Virus record (IMG/VR): IMGVR_UViG_3300021082_000020
Span: 1 to 64,000 of that record
Length of the DNA: 64,000 nt
Direction: 5' to 3' (one strand)
DNA from: a virus
Lineage: Duplodnaviria; Caudoviricetes
Shown here: piece after piece, positions 63,954 to 64,000 of the stretch
Layout: every line of letters begins with the position of its first letter
Position numbering within the stretch: position 1 is the stretch's first letter
Notes under the pieces: model-generated
The model's input: the letters and a program-made list of their open reading frames with translations, nothing else
Told to the model about the DNA's origin: nothing
Database searches by the model: none
Program-made: the position numbers and the translations under genes

Positions 63954-64000
63954 GCGCATACCGGATTTGGTCCGGCGCCAACGTAACAGAAACGGACATG

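Larger units (their letters stand above)
48317..63955. repeat. Copy B of long diverged direct repeat
   Basis: Colinear homologues of copy A genes, with many third-position differences and swapped modules. Confidence 0.97.
1..64000. mobile_element. Podovirus-type phage DNA: one full ~48.3-kb genome unit plus ~15.7 kb of a diverged second copy
   Basis: TerL, portal, capsid, adaptor/nozzle, ejection proteins and a PolA replication module; no tape measure, integrase or host genes recognised. Confidence 0.93.

Noticed and set aside
48317-63955. Ordinary terminal redundancy or circular overlap
   Set aside because: Copies differ at many positions and carry different gene cassettes; true redundancy would be near-identical
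1-64000. Integrase, att sites, partition genes, tRNAs, introns/inteins, IS elements
   Set aside because: None recognised by eye; TerL and polymerase are uninterrupted. A very divergent recombinase among the hypothetical ORFs cannot be excluded without profile searches

Overview
The whole window is phage DNA. I see no host housekeeping genes, tRNA/rRNA, CRISPR array, transposase or integrase. It holds one complete ~48.3-kb unit of a high-GC podovirus-type phage (positions 1-48316), followed head-to-tail by a diverged second copy of the first ~17 kb (48317-63955). The host is probably alphaproteobacterial, but that is inference. Minus-strand late order: HGGxSTG/TerS-like genes, putative pac region, tail-fibre block, small membrane/lysis genes, TerL, portal, scaffold, major capsid, adaptor, nozzle, two GNATs, small Pro/Gly-rich proteins, and ejection proteins (the last carries M15 peptidase + GH24 lysozyme). 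The middle holds early and replication genes: GP88-like, HTH, iteron origin, split Prim-Pol/helicase, VRR-NUC, DUF2800-like nuclease, SSB, family A polymerase, PAPS-reductase-like, SNF2 helicase, adenine MTase, a Cro-like gene with a two-operator divergent switch, and a VPLPA-CTERM surface protein. The two copies are intact and nearly identical in protein sequence for TerL and portal. They differ by whole swapped modules: receptor-binding cassette, holin-like gene, an Ig-like domain insertion and the first early-gene leader. Best candidates for new biology: (1) the swappable adhesin cassette with matched docking modules; (2) two GNATs next to GGKGG-tailed and paralogous small virion proteins; (3) an exosortase substrate placed behind a repressor-less lambda-like switch; (4) the integrase-less diverged tandem itself, which could be an assembly chimera. 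All family calls come from motif recognition by eye; no database searches were run.
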